Made by a program: the position numbers and the translations under genes. Below are positions 11,978 to 24,524 of a DNA stretch of 64,000 nucleotides, piece by piece. The DNA is taken from assembly GCA_965112155.1 (NCBI GenBank), contig OZ218106.1; one strand, given 5' to 3'. The notes beneath the pieces were generated by a model. That model worked only from the letters and a program-made list of their open reading frames with translations, was not told where the DNA came from and did no database searches. How positions within the stretch are numbered: the stretch's first letter is position 1; each line of letters begins with the position of its first letter. This DNA is from Podarcis liolepis (lineage: Eukaryota).

Positions 11978-13339
11978 GACGGGAGTCCAGTAGCATCTGA
12001 AGGACCACAAGTTTCCCATTCTTGACCTATATTATTGCAAGCACCAGAAACAATGGCTGCACATGGGTATGGAAAGATGTGCAAAAGAGTGAAAGGTGAA
12101 AGTGGGCTTGTGAGTATTTTTGTAGCCCCTGAAATGAGTACCTTTAGAGAAAATCAAATGTCACATAAATGTAGAACCCAGATTTTACTCTCAGTAGCCA
12201 ATTGCTATATTCATAGTTCCCTGCCATTATCTTCTGGCACCTTTTGAAATTACGAAAGCTACTGGCATCCTTTCTTATTATGAGGAAAGGTTTACATCCA
12301 CTTTTCCCCTCTACTGCGAGAAAAAGAAAGAATGAACTGAAATTATAATGTACTCTCATGCAATTTGGCTCTTAAAACTGTTCACTTTATCCTATGGGGG
12401 CATCATGCTAAGTACTTTCAAAAATCGAACGGGATATGCTATAGCTCAGAGCCCAACATTTAATGATTATTCATTCAACCAAAGAAACACTTTCCTAAAA
12501 ATCCTGTCTGAGGTAGTTTGTAACCAAGACTCTGGTCATCTGGAAAATCGCTAATGGAGAAATGGACAGGTATAGGGAGAATCTGTTTTCTTACCCTTCC
12601 TTGCATTACTTAATTTCAAGGGATTTTATTCCACAGCCTTTTCTTTCCAGCTTGTTAATGCTTTGCATTTTGGAATGTGATCTTGATGGTTATTTATGCT
12701 CTATATCTCTCCCCCCCCCCCAGTTATGCATTAAGCATCTGGAATCCATATGGAACCTTTACTTATTTAATTTAGTGGAGGCATCTTCAGATAAGAACAG
12801 GGAAGGGAACTGGGCTGACTGCAGGACCAGGAAGAGTCAATTGGCAGTCCTGGAAAAAGGACAAGAAACTCATCTTGCTTGTCCTCAGGGACCTAAGAAT
12901 CTAGCCTCCTCAGCCACCTAGGTTTTCAAGCATTATTCTTGGCCTAGGCCCTCAGTTTTAGACTGGTAGGGGACTTAAAGTTGCCCTTCATCCATCCTTG
13001 AAGTCTATCTGCTATTACAAGAGAACACAAAGCTTGGGGGCAGGATATTATAAGCTTTCAAAAAAACACCACCTCAATAAAGATACCACTCCTCCACAAA
13101 AAGGTCAATGACACAAGGAAATAACAGGGATATCCTGGAAGATTATAGACAGCGGCTATGAGAGTTGAATTCATTTAAAGTAGGCTAGGTGTTCCCTTAC
13201 CACCTCTTTTCCTATCTTGGGCTGCAGTTCCCTCCTTGCATCAGTTATTGTGTTATCATCAGGTTGTACACTGCCTTCCTTTTGGGTGAAGACAGAGGCA
13301 AAGTAGGTGTCGAGTAGTTCCACCTTCTCTCTTCTCATC

Positions 13340-13480
13340 CAATAGCATTTCTCTATCTTCTCAATATTAGGCTGAGAGTCTATGAATGGCCCAAGGTCAT
13401 TCAGAGAGCATCAAGCTGGAGTAGGAATTTGAACCCTGGCTTCCTAGTTCCTAATCCAACAGCCTCACCACTACACTGGA
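13340..13480 (-). mobile_element. Old MIR/Squam3-like SINE fragment (similar relics at ~5140-5220 and ~21085-21185)
   Basis: GGCTGAGAG...GGCCCAAGGTCA...GAATTTGAACCCTGG...CACCACTACACTGG parallels the intact copy at 14310-14565. Confidence 0.65.
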
Positions 13481-14309
13481 TCTTTAATAACACATACACA
13501 GAATAATTGTATTTTCAGAAGTATATCACGGACATGTTTGTACAGCAGAAGGAGGGCATTTTAGTCAATATGGTACATTTTTGTTTTCTTGCAACTTCCA
13601 AAGTCAATTTTACATACAAGTTACCCATTCAGATCACTGTTTAAGTACCTTTTTCAGAGAGAGTGAGCAAGAGAAGAGCTATACTCTCAGACTGTTATGG
13701 TTTCTTCCTTTCACGAATTTAAATGAATTTTAGATTCCAGCTCAGTATCAAGCAAGTGTATGAGTATGTTCCACATCTTCCTGAAACTGGCAAAATAAAT
13801 TTGCTGTTGAAAGTGATGAGAAAAAAAATGGGCCTGACAGACTGAATCTGGGCATCCTTTCCTGGCTTTCCCCTTGCCAAATCATGATCACTGAAAAAGC
13901 AATTCCTTCCCTCCTTGAATAAATGCCATAGAGCTGTTCCAACAAGAACAGCCACATAGACCACAGAGGAGGAGGAGCACTTATGTTCAATAGCTTAGAA
14001 CTTGTGTGCCTTAGAAAACAATGCATGCTGAAGAAAATTAGTTGATAGAACAAATATTAAGATTTCATGGAATTGGGGATGTGGATATTCATCGTGTGAT
14101 AATTATAATATCCATTGATGGCTGGCATGTGTGAATGTGCAATTACAAATAAAACAGCACCGACAGAATATTCACATCATCTCAGTTGTTTCCAGTGGGT
14201 CAGTACATATATTTAGCTTCCAGTTCTCTATTTACAGTGATCAAATGTAGACAGTTCAAGTGATGTACATGCATGTGTGTAATACTCCTAGTCTACATCT
14301 ATTTGTGAG

Positions 14310-14565
14310 GAAGAAGAAGAAGAAGAGTTTGGATTTGATATCCCGCCTTTTACTCCCTTTAAGGAGTCTCAAAGCGGCTCACATTCTCCTTTTCCCTTCC
14401 TCCCCCACAACAAACACTCTGTGAGGTGAGTGGGGCTGAGAGACTTCAAAGAAGTGTGACTAGCCCAAGGTCACCCAGCAGCTGCATATGGAGGAGCGGA
14501 GACGTGAACCCGGTTCCCCAGATTACGAGGCTACCGCTCTTAACCACTACACCACACTGGCTCTC
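14310..14565 (-). mobile_element. Squam3-like tRNA-derived SINE, full length
   Basis: Minus strand starts GAGAGCCAGTGTGGTGTAGTGGTTAAGAGC (A box), has GGTTCACGTCTCC (B-box-like), a GGTGACCTTGGGCTAGTCAC core, an L2-like 3' end and a (TTC)n tail. Confidence 0.9.
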
Positions 14566-15329
14566 AAGCTGTAGGAGCTTTCTACATTCTGTAAAAGAGG
14601 GTGGAAGAAAGAGTGAAAGTGAAATGATATGTATTTACTCTTGGAGATGTACAGATCACCTCTCGTAGGGAGATGGTGCCCTGCCCGTATTTGGAGCATG
14701 TGCTATTGGCCTTAGAATGCAATCTTAACTCCATTTCATTGGGACTTCCAAGGAGACATGGTGACACTTGCAATGGAAGTTACATTTCAAGTTACTTTTA
14801 AACTTTTGATAGTGTGTATTGGCTTTCTCTCCTGAATCATCAGGAGTAGTTCTATCAAAAACTCACTGTGAGTGTTCCTGTCCTGTGAAAATAAGAGGTT
14901 TGGATAATAATGATCACAGAATGGATGGTACAGCTTTCTAATTGGGGTTTGGAGAATAGGACCTTCTGTTTCCTTTCAAGCACTATCATTCTATAACTCT
15001 CTAACACCATCAATATGTTGTTACATCCTTAAGTATTTATGTTTTCAGAACAGGGGAAAAACATATTATGCTTTCAGAGTTGCAGGTTTGCTGTCTGTAT
15101 AGCAGTAGACATCCCTTGAGACTCTACCCGTTGTGAATATTTGCCAGTGTGAATTCAACAAGGGGTGATGAAACTCTCAATTCACATGCTTGAGTAGCTG
15201 ACTAATAAAGAAAACGGAGGAAATTACACAACTTGTGTTCTCACGCAAAAGGAGGGCATCAGAAGTACTTCAGTCTTGAAAACAATACGGTGGTTGTTCC
15301 CACTATACCAAGGACAGAGGAAGAAGCAA

Positions 15330-15480
15330 TGTGTTTAAGCTTCAGGAAAGTGTACGTAGCTGAAGCAGGAGAAAATGACTTCCTAACCATATTAACAGTT
15401 CAGTAACGAAACAGTCTGTCTAGGCAGGTTGTGAAATCTCCATTCTGTGAGGTTTTCAGGACATGTACTAAATAGATATG
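15330..15480 (+). mobile_element. Degraded CR1 LINE 3' fragment
   Basis: TTCCTAACC...ACAGTTCAGTAACGAAACAGTCTG...GGTTGTGAAATCTCCATTCTGTGAGGTTTTCAG aligns by eye with the CR1 at 28580-28720. Confidence 0.55.
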
Positions 15481-15881
15481 GATTGTGGATAATTTGGATT
15501 TAGGATATTGTGAGTTTGGGCAGAGTGGCAGAAGGAAGAGATGGATCAATTCACCTATGGAAGCTCTTTATAATTTGGAATAATTCCTTAGGCTACAGTC
15601 TGGAATTCTGGCAACTGGATTCTTGGATAAATGAGTATGGGCTTCTAGACAGTCATTCATCTGATACAGTTCTTTTCAGAATACAGATTGGTCTCAGAAT
15701 AAAAAAATACAAGCATATTTTGTAGTTGTGGCTTTGGAAATAATTTTATACTGATTTTATACCAATCTCATACATTTTAGGGTTCTATTTGGGGAGATTG
15801 GATTGGGTTGTGTTTCCTTGTGCGCTGTTTGCCACCTTGGGTGGACATGGTGCATAAAGACAACTTATAAATACTGGTTAT

Positions 15882-16066
15882 AGGTAGGTAGCCATGTTGG
15901 TCTGCTGTAGTCGAAACAAAATAAAAAAATTCCTTCCAGTAGCACCTTAGAGAATACACTTCAGATACACTTCTTCAGGTATCTGAAGAAGTGTGCATGC
16001 ACATGAAAGCTAATACCAATAACAAACTTTGTTGGTCTCTAAGGTGCTACTGGAAGGAATTTTTAA
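15882..16066. mobile_element. Penelope-like retroelement (PLE) terminal fragment with inverted duplication
   Basis: AGGTAGGTAGCCATGTTGGTCTG start; perfect 29-bp inverted repeat (15925-15953 / 16036-16064) containing TAGCACCTTAGAGA; embedded hammerhead core. Inverted partial terminal repeats are typical of PLE insertions. Confidence 0.85.
15978..16017 (+). ncRNA. Minimal type I hammerhead ribozyme motif (PLE-associated)
   Basis: Stem I GGUAU (15978-82) / AUACC (16013-17); core CUGAAGA (15983-89); extra A; stem II GUGUG-CAUG-CACAU; GAAA (16005-08); minimal palindromic stem III AGCU; NUH = CUA (16010-12). Confidence 0.75.
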
Positions 16067-16089
16067 ATTATAAATACTGAAAATAAATA

Positions 16090-16348
16090 CCCGTATTTTT
16101 CGCTCTATAAGACACACCAGACCACAAGACGCGCCTAGTTTTTGGAGGAGGAAAACAAGAAAAAAAAATTCTGAATCTCAGAAGCCAGAACAGCAAGAGG
16201 GATCGCCGCACAGTGAAAGCAGCGATCTCTCTTGCTGTTCTGGCTTCTGGGATAGCTGTGCAGCCTGCATTTGCTCCATAAGATGCACACACATTTCCCC
16301 TTACTTTTTAGGAGGGAAAAAGTGAGTCTTATAGAGCAAAGAAAACGG
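16090..16348. mobile_element. Tc1/mariner superfamily (Tc2/pogo-type) MITE
   Basis: TIRs CCGTATTTTTCGCTCTATAAGAC / GTCTTATAGAGCAAAGAAAACGG; TA flanks; internal ~28-bp hairpin. Confidence 0.85.
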
Positions 16349-16729
16349 TAAATGAAAATAACAGAGGATCAGATTTTGCCTAGCCTTTTCCCTGTCATGC
16401 TTGCATTCTGTATTCAAGAATATTTTACTGATGAAGGGAAACACTCCAACATGTGATCCCTGACACAGAACTGGATTCAGAAGGGGCCTAGTCCCAGGAG
16501 GGTCCCCCCCCTTGCGATGCTGGAGATAAGTTATAGGAAACAAAATATGAAAGCTAACACTGTTTTAGCTGGGGAGATCTCATCATGGTGCTCTTTAGTA
16601 AGCCAAGAGAAAAATAGAAATGTGCAAACGCCAGCATTTTACAAAGCTATTCTATCCTTTCTCTTCTCTTTCATGAATGGTGACACTGAAGCTCGTACCA
16701 ATACTGTGTTGACGTGTTCAATTTGTCAG

Positions 16730-16836
16730 GTGCCGAGGCTGCCTTGATGGAAATGGTGGAAGACAAGCTGAGCTACCTCAGGCATAGAAAACAGCCCCTC
16801 TCTAATTTTATTGGCTTTGAGGAGAGGAGTTTCTGG
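16730..16836 (+). other. Candidate internal exon (107 nt), product unknown
   Basis: Acceptor ttcaatttgtcag|G and donor TGG|GTAAGT; one open frame (AEAALMEMVEDKLSYLRHRKQPLSNFIGFEERSFW) with no recognised homology. Confidence 0.25.
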
Positions 16837-16948
16837 GTAAGTAATCTTTTTGTCAAACGTGTGCAATACAAGAAACAAGCATCTAAGACAGCGGAAGGAC
16901 ACAGGAGATGTTGCTGCCCACAAAGGTAGGAAAGGAAGGAAGATAATT

Positions 16949-17092
16949 AAGAAAAAGAAGAAGAGTTTGGATTTGATATCCCGCTTTATCACTACCCGAA
17001 GGAGTCTCAAAGCAGCTAACATTCTCCTTTCCCTTCCTCCCCCACAACAAACACTCTGTGAGGTGAGTGGGGCTGAGAGACTTCAGAGAAGT
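16949..17092 (-). mobile_element. Squam3-like SINE, 5'-truncated
   Basis: Closely matches ~14310-14455; tRNA head missing. Confidence 0.9.
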
Positions 17093-17147
17093 TCTTATCC
17101 ACTAAATCAAATGCCACTAGTGTTTTTTAAAACAGCAAGAAGCAAAA

Positions 17148-17341
17148 GGGGGAAAGACCACAGCTCAGGTAGAGCACCTGCCCTGCAGGTACAAGGTCCC
17201 AGGTTCAGTCCCCAGCATCTCCAGATAGGACTAGGAAAAGCACCTGCAGGAAACCTTGGAATCTCACTTCCTGTCACAGTAGACAATATTGGGCTAGATG
17301 GACCAATGGCCTTCACTTGTCTTAAGGAAGCTTCCTATGCT
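17148..17341 (+). mobile_element. tRNA-derived SINE with CR1-like tail
   Basis: Head CAGCTCAGGTAGAGCAC...GGTTCAGTCCCCAGCATCTCC (A/B boxes); tail GGGCTAGATGGACCAATGG...AGCTTCCTATG. Confidence 0.85.
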
Positions 17342-20300
17342 TTGAAAACCCATCAAAGATCACAGAAACCTGCAAATAAAATGGGAAAGTGGTAAAGGGT
17401 GGCTCCAAAGGTTAAAATTACAGTAGTAGTATAGCCAAACAATCCTGACAGATGGATGTTTTTCAGTTCTCACTTTGCTTTGGAAAGTGGAATTTAGGGA
17501 GGTTTACCTTTAAGTGCAAACCAAATCAAATTCTTTTCAGTGTCTAATCATAAGGCAACAATTAAAAGGTGTAGTCTTTAAAGTTTTGAGGATGCCCGGG
17601 TTCAGCAATGACACCTTTAGGTAACAATCCTATGTAAAACTGACCTGGGAGTGAGTCCCATTGAACTCATTAGGGGATCCTCATGAGCAGACATGTACAG
17701 GACTATACTGTTAATGTAACTGAATATACTGATATAACGTTTTAGAAAGCTATCCTCCTGAAATCTTTAGTCTTCTTACCATCATTAGGAGCATATATTT
17801 CATTTTCTTTTCTTTCTTCTTTCCCAAAGAAATCAAAGAAACCCTTGGCTGAGAAACTTGGTGAAGATATTAGGGTAGATATTGCAAAGGGAATAGAAAC
17901 TTTTAAGAGGCTGTTAATTTTATGATGGCAACATAGCCTGTTAAATCTGAGGTAATACTTGACTCTTTGTTTTAGTCTTTTTCGTGTTTGTGAAATACTG
18001 TAATTTGAGGTAATTTTGTGACTGAGCATATTGTTGCCTCAAGGTAACAGAAGCTAGCTCTGCTTCCTTTATAGGGCTCATGATTATGGACTTCCTGAGG
18101 AGAATTTTCTCTTATATGATAATAAATTTACCTTTGGATTTGTTCATTTTCTAATGAAATTTATTTATTTTTATGGCCATAGGACCTGTGGCATTTGATG
18201 AGGTGAATTTCCTGTTATATGAAGATACATTTGATTTTGTATTTGTGCATTTGATAATGAAAAAGAGAAGAAAAGTCTACAGAACCTGCAATATTTTGTT
18301 TTACTGAGCCTCTAAGGAAATATTGAGTGGCTATCAAGAATGGCTTTCTGTCTCCACACAATTTTTAGTCTGATGGTATAGAAATGCTATCACCAAAAGG
18401 ATATTTTGATTGTCAAATCAGACCCTGCTCAGGGGGATATAGTGGCTTTGATTCTGGTGAATCTATGGCTGGTTCTTTTCTACCCCTGCCTTGCCACTGA
18501 AATGCTCTGATTTGGAGCCTTATGCAGGCTACCTTATGCAGGAAAGAAGTGGTAGCTTCCTAACCACTTGGACTTTGGGCAGGTACAGCAGGGGCATTTA
18601 CAGCAGCAGAAGTCAACAGAGGTACATCTCTGCTTCATCCTAACTCCCTGATCAGGGATTGCAGATCAGGGTTAGGATTTGGCTGAAGACATTTAGCACC
18701 TTACAACATCAACAATACTGAGTCTCTTGAACCATATCTATAAAGCCATTCAACACCAGCAAAGGCACATTACATCATCAAGAGGGCTTGCTGTTGCAGC
18801 TTGCAAGAACTTCAATTTCTGAATGACTATCTTCTGAAAGACTTTATCTTCACTTTGTGTTTTCTTTGTGATAGGCAAGAACTTTGTGGTTTACTACCTC
18901 AGACCCTCTGATCAGCAGGGGAAGGTCCAAACAGTGGTCCAGCCTTGAAGTTACCAGTGCCTGAACTGGTAAAGAAACAAAGCAAAATACTTTGTGAAGG
19001 CACATTATACATGGTGAATGATGTGAATCTTTGGTTTCCCCCCTTAGTCATGTTGCTCTCTCCCCACACCCCTTTCCACAAGCAAGGCATTTTCTTCCAT
19101 CTGGGTATGATGTAGGAGAAGAAAGAACTGGACCTGCTCTAAACCCCTAATTGTAGCACAGAGACTAATGAACTGCAAAGGTTTTTTGTTCCTAGTAACG
19201 CTTGTAATAGTTGCCATTCAACTGCATTTTTAAAATCCAAATAAGAAACAGAAAGTATGCAACTTGAGTATGGGTTTTGTGGTTTCCCTGTAGGAAATAC
19301 TTTTTCACCCAGCATGAAATTATGCTATAAATTTAATTGCATAGGATGCAGCACAGACCAATAACTAAATAACATTCCGTGTTTAACCATCAATACGTTT
19401 GTCAAGCATGCAAAGAAATGAATAAATGGAGGTTGCCAAATTTGTGTCAATAACCCCCACCCCCATTTCTCATGACCTACACAACCTGGTCCCATCCTAG
19501 TTGCAGGCTGTCATAGGGGACAACAATCTTCACTGGCTTCCCCTCTCCTGCAGGTTCATACCCCCTCCACTTCTGGCACCACCAAGAAAATGAATGGGTC
19601 ATTGCCTGCCTGCCTCCCTCCCTCTAATAAATAAAACAATAATAAATATAATTATTAATTTATAACCCATTCTTCCTTCACACTGAAGCACAGATCAGCT
19701 TATAACACAATATACAATTTAAATACATATTTACAGAGAAAGAGAGAGTAATACATCCACTGTGAAAACAGAAACACTAAGCCCCAACTTCATCCAGCAT
19801 CAATAATCAGCAGGTTCATTTCTTAAGGCCTGGAGAAACTGATACATCAGCTAAAATGAAGGAATATCGAATGATATGAGGTCATCTTGAGATAACACTA
19901 TATAGGTGTGTCTTTCCATTCCAGATGCTGGCTTTTTATGGGAAGAAGATTCAACAAGATTTCCAAGAGAGAGGATCTGTTTGCAAAGTTTTGAGGCTGG
20001 CAAAGTTGTACAAATCACTTCCATGGACTAATTCTGATCCATGTTCATCAGGAAAATCAACAAGTGTGTCTTCCAGTTTCATATTATTATTTTTGTAAAA
20101 GAATATTTTCAAAAACCTTGTGTGACTTGGTGTCCAGCGTCTTGCCCATTCATTTAAATGGGTCTGCTATGAGTATTACTTAGTTAGAAACCATCCCTAC
20201 AAATTTAATGACAACTTCAATAGCCATATCCAGACATTTCCAACTAACGTGCAACTCTAGGGCAAAAGGCATATTTTTCCATCAACAGCTACCTAGAGAC

Positions 20301-20946
20301 ATGTAAACCAGTACAAATTTATTGCAATGTTCCAGTTCAGTTTATTTGTTGATATTATTCATTCCACTACTTTGGAGAAAAATAAAGCCAAAAGCTCTTC
20401 AAAAACGACGTTCATTCTGAAGAAACAGTAACATTATATATGACAGACTTACATTATATGCTTCTTGGCAACGGGTTCCCTCAGATATCCCAGACAAAAG
20501 TCACTTTCTTGTTTCAAATTGGTATGCAAAACATGAACTCTGCCCTGCTCAACAACACATCCGGCATGTATCAGATTAATCTTCGGCACAGTCTGTACAT
20601 ACAAAATAAACATCTATCAAACAAGACTATCCAGTCATTCCTGAAAGTATTGAGGCAGATAGAGAAGCTAAAATTCATCTACAGCACTTTCTGATGCTGC
20701 TGTTTATTCTTATCATGTTATTTGATGGTAAATCTCTCTTAGAGTGGAGAATGCATTGTGAAGTTTAATTCATGTATATCATCAATGTGTTTCCAGGGCT
20801 CCAATTGTCAGGAAAAATGGCTCCTACCTCCTACCTCTCTTCTGCCCTACAGGGTATTGCTGCTCTTTCCAATAAAGTAACATTAATTTGGGGGATTCTC
20901 CTTTCATTTTTTTTTCCAATGAAGCAAAACAGCTTTGCATTATTAC

Positions 20947-20948
<2 letters not shown>

Positions 20949-20981
<33 letters not shown>

Positions 20982-20985
20982 ACAC
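20949..20985. repeat. (CA)n microsatellite
   Basis: Direct run. Confidence 0.95.
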
Positions 20986-21518
20986 TCTATTCTTGATTTC
21001 ATTTACATCTATTGGTAAAAGTAAGCAATTTTATTTTATTTTTACTGTGATCTAAATATGCCACAGGGAAGCCCTAATTTCCACATTTTATATCACCCTT
21101 CTTATGGAGTGACATATAGAATGCCCCCAGCTTTATCCTCACAACAGTACTGTGTATTAGGTTAGGGTGAAAGAGTCATCCTGTGCTCTGATCTAGAGGA
21201 AGGATGGGCTATAAATATTCTGAAATTAATAAATAAGAATGGTCCAAGATTTTCCAATAATCTACTCCAGAAACACATCAAACAAATCAAGCACCAGTTT
21301 TATGTTTGACAATGGTGCAAGATAAGCTTTAAATTTATCTTGGGTGCTATGCATGTTAATAGATTTTATAATGCCTTGGACCATATTTCCAAAATCTAAG
21401 GCAATAGGTGACATGGCACACAATCCAGGCAGAGTTGGGTTTGTCCCATTTCCACTGATATCAAAAGAAATTTTTAACATAACTGGGGAGCATAAGTAAA
21501 ATCAGTTTCTCCCATTTA

Positions 21519-23098
21519 CAGTCATGGGGGAAAGAAAGTGCACCCTCTTTGAATTCTGTAGTTTTACATATGAAGACATAATAACAATCATCTGTTCCCT
21601 AGCAGGTAAATAAAACCTCAGATGAACAACAACACATGACATATTACTCTGTGTCATGATTCATTTAACAGAAATAAAGCCAAAATGGAAAACCCATTTG
21701 TGAAAAACTAAGTACACCTTATGATTCAAAAGCTTGTAGAACCACCTTTAGAAGCAATAGCATGAGGTACGGTAATTGTTTTCTGTAGGACTTTATCCAT
21801 CTCTCACATTGTTGTGGAGGAATTTTGGCCCACTTTTCTTTACAACGTTGCTTCATTTCATTGAGGTTTGCTAGCATTTGTTTATGCACAGTTTTCTTTA
21901 TGCACAGCATTTCAATTGGGTTGAGGTCTGGATATCGACCGGTTCTGTTCTTTTTCAGCCATTCTGTTGTAGATTCACTGGTGTACTTGGGATCCTTGTC
22001 CTGTTGCATGACCCAATTTCAGCCAAGCTACAGCTGTCGGGCAGATGGCCACACATTTGACTGCAGAAGACTTTATTACAGAGGAGTTCATGGTCGACTC
22101 AGTGACTGCCAGGTTCCCAGGTCCTGTGGCTGCAAAACAAACCCAAATCATCACTCGTCCACCACTGTGCTTGACAGTTGGTGTTAGGTGCTTGTGCTGA
22201 TAGGCTGTGTTTGATTTTTGCGATACTGTGCATTAATGCCAGACACCTCCACTTTGTCTCATCTGTCCAAAGGACATTGTTCCAGAAGTCTTGTGGTTTG
22301 TTCAGATGCAACTGCAAACCAAAGCTGTGCTGCCATGTTCTTTTTAGAGAGACAAGGCTTTCTCCTGACAAACTTTCCAAACAAACCATACTTGTTCAGT
22401 CTTTTTCTAATTGTACTGTCATGAACTTTAACATTTAACATGCTAACTGAGGCTTGTAGAGCCTGAGACGTAAGTCTTGGTGTTTTTGTTTTTGTTTGCA
22501 GTTTCTCTGAGAATTGAATGGTCTGACCTTGGTGTGAATTTGCTGGGACGTCCACTCCTGAGAAGACTGGCAACTGTCTTGAATGTTTTCCACTTTTGAA
22601 TAATCTTTCTCATTGTAGAATGATGGACCTAAAATTGGTTGGAAATGGCCTTAAAACCCTTCCCAGTTTCATGAACAGCAGCACTTGCTTCTCTAAGAGC
22701 ATTGTGTCATCTTTCCTCTTTGGCATTGTGTTAAAGCACACCTGAATGCTCCAGACCAGAAAAAAACCCCAAAACATTGGCTTTTATAGAGGTGGGCACA
22801 CTTGCAGATGATCAATTAATCAAGGGCACTTGATTAGCAGCCCTTGTCTACTACTTAGCCTCTTAATTCCTATGGAAACAATATGGGTGTACTTAGTTTT
22901 TCACACCTGATTTCTGCATCTTCACTTTATTTCTGTTTAAGAAATCATGACATGGTGTAATATGTCATGTGTTGTTGTTCATCTGAGGTTATATTTACCT
23001 AATTTTAAGACCTGCTAAGGAACAAATGATTGCTATTATGTCCTGACATGCAGAACCGCAAAATTCAAAGAAGGCGCACTTTCTTTTTCCCATGACTA
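21519..23098 (-). mobile_element. Full-length Tc1-family DNA transposon (IR/DR type), inactive
   Basis: TA flanks (21517-18, 23099-100); ~200-bp inverted repeats starting CAGTCATGG / ending CCATGACTA, with outer (AAAGAAAGTGCACCC) and inner (AAAACTAAGTACACC) direct repeats; 1580 bp; transposase relic inside. Confidence 0.93.
21726..22726 (-). pseudogene. Disrupted Tc1 transposase
   Basis: MPKRK start, GKGFKAIS helix-turn-helix region, RSGRPSK, WNNVLWTDETK, QQDKDPK, PDLNPIE, C-terminal IASKGGSTSF*; several frameshifts/stops; second D to E spacing is 28 rather than 34. Confidence 0.9.
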
Positions 23099-23898
23099 TA
23101 CACCCATATTTAAAATTTTTTTTTTGGGGGGGGGGAATCAGTTTGTCATTTTAAACCCCTTCCTGTGATTAATCTATAGGTTAATTAGGCCGTTAAACCT
23201 CTTGTCAATAGTAGTGATAATATAAACAGCTGTGATCCAATCAGATTTGTGTATCTCATATGAATCTCAAATAGATGTTCCTTTAAAAACTGATTCAATT
23301 GGCTGCTGAGGAAGAGAGAAAGATTATGAAAGCATTATACACTTAAGAAATGCAGGATCACAAGAAAATATCAGAGCATGGGTAAAAACCCCCAGCACTT
23401 CTGCTTTTAAGATAGTTTTTGGTCATGCTCTTTTTTGGGTTACATCCTTCCACTGTAAGGAGTGACCCAAAGTAGGCCAGTTCCTTTCAAAGTTCCTGCC
23501 CTGCTATCTCAAATGCCTTTCACTAGAAATGTCACACAGCTCAAACTTGGCAGGGTACATGCGAAGAATTCATTGTAACATTTCACTGCAGCCCATCCCA
23601 ATGTCAGTATTTTAATCCTTTTTTGAACCAGTTGCCAATCAGAGTGTTAATCACGGGTGTGAGCGAGATCTTGCAGAAAGCACATATTTCTAGGAAATGA
23701 GTTGAGTACACATAATTCTGTGGGATCAAATCCTATATGAGCAATAGTTATAAAAATATAGCCAGAGTAGCCTGTGCAGATCATTACTCAGCCTTTATTT
23801 AAAAGGAGAACAACCTTTATCTAAAAAGATTCCTGATTAAATTTTAAAAGTACAATTCTGGTGCAAGTCATGTGAAATGTTGACACTGTGAGGCTTTT

Positions 23899-23939
23899 TG
23901 TATGTATGTATGTATGTATGTATGTATGTATGTATGTAT
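23899..23939. repeat. (TATG)n microsatellite
   Basis: Direct run. Confidence 0.95.
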
Positions 23940-24203
23940 TGTGGCATTTGTATACCATCCCATCATGTAAAGTTCTCTGGACAGTTTCCAATATAAAATA
24001 AATGCATAAAACCAGAAAATCAAAACCTACATAGATATAGGGAAAAAACAAAACTCACACACCCACAAAGTTCAACATAGACTTGAAAATTCAGTAGTTA
24101 CTTAGGAAATGTTGAACCACTCAGAAAATAAATCTATTACTTTTGCTAGTAAAAGGAGGAATAAATAGGTAAAGTTCAGACTGAGTGCTAAATAAAAATG
24201 AAA

Positions 24204-24425
24204 TGGGGGAGGGGGCATAGTTTAGTGGTAGAGGCCCACTTCAAAAAATCTCCAGATTTAACCTGTGGCACCTCCAGTTAAAAGGATCTGGTGGCAGGTG
24301 ATTTGAAAGATGTCTGCCTTAAGACCTTGAATTGCTGCTGCCCTATGAGAGAAGCAGACAATATAGCGGGCTAAGCAGACTGTGCAAATAGCTTGACCTG
24401 GTATATTGCAGCCTTCTTTGATCTA
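24204..24425 (+). mobile_element. tRNA-derived SINE with CR1-like tail
   Basis: GGGGCATAGTTTAGTGGTAGAG head; tail GACCTGGTATATTGCAGCCTTCT. Confidence 0.7.
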
Positions 24426-24524
24426 TAGAAAAGAGTGTTTTAAAATGCTTGCTGAAAAGTATGGGTTGGTAGATGTGTTGTAAATATGGTGCTGTTTTGT
24501 GGAGTGTTTATTATTAGTGCGTTA

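Noticed and set aside
16428-16450. Other CUGANGA...GAAA words (for example ~16428, ~23306, ~59484)
   Set aside because: No stem II or stem I complementarity; not hammerheads.
17148-17225. tRNA-like sequences with A/B boxes (also other SINE heads)
   Set aside because: No complete cloverleaf; each continues into a SINE body.
16850-17395. 181-aa ORF
   Set aside because: Reads through two SINEs and unique sequence; chance chimera.
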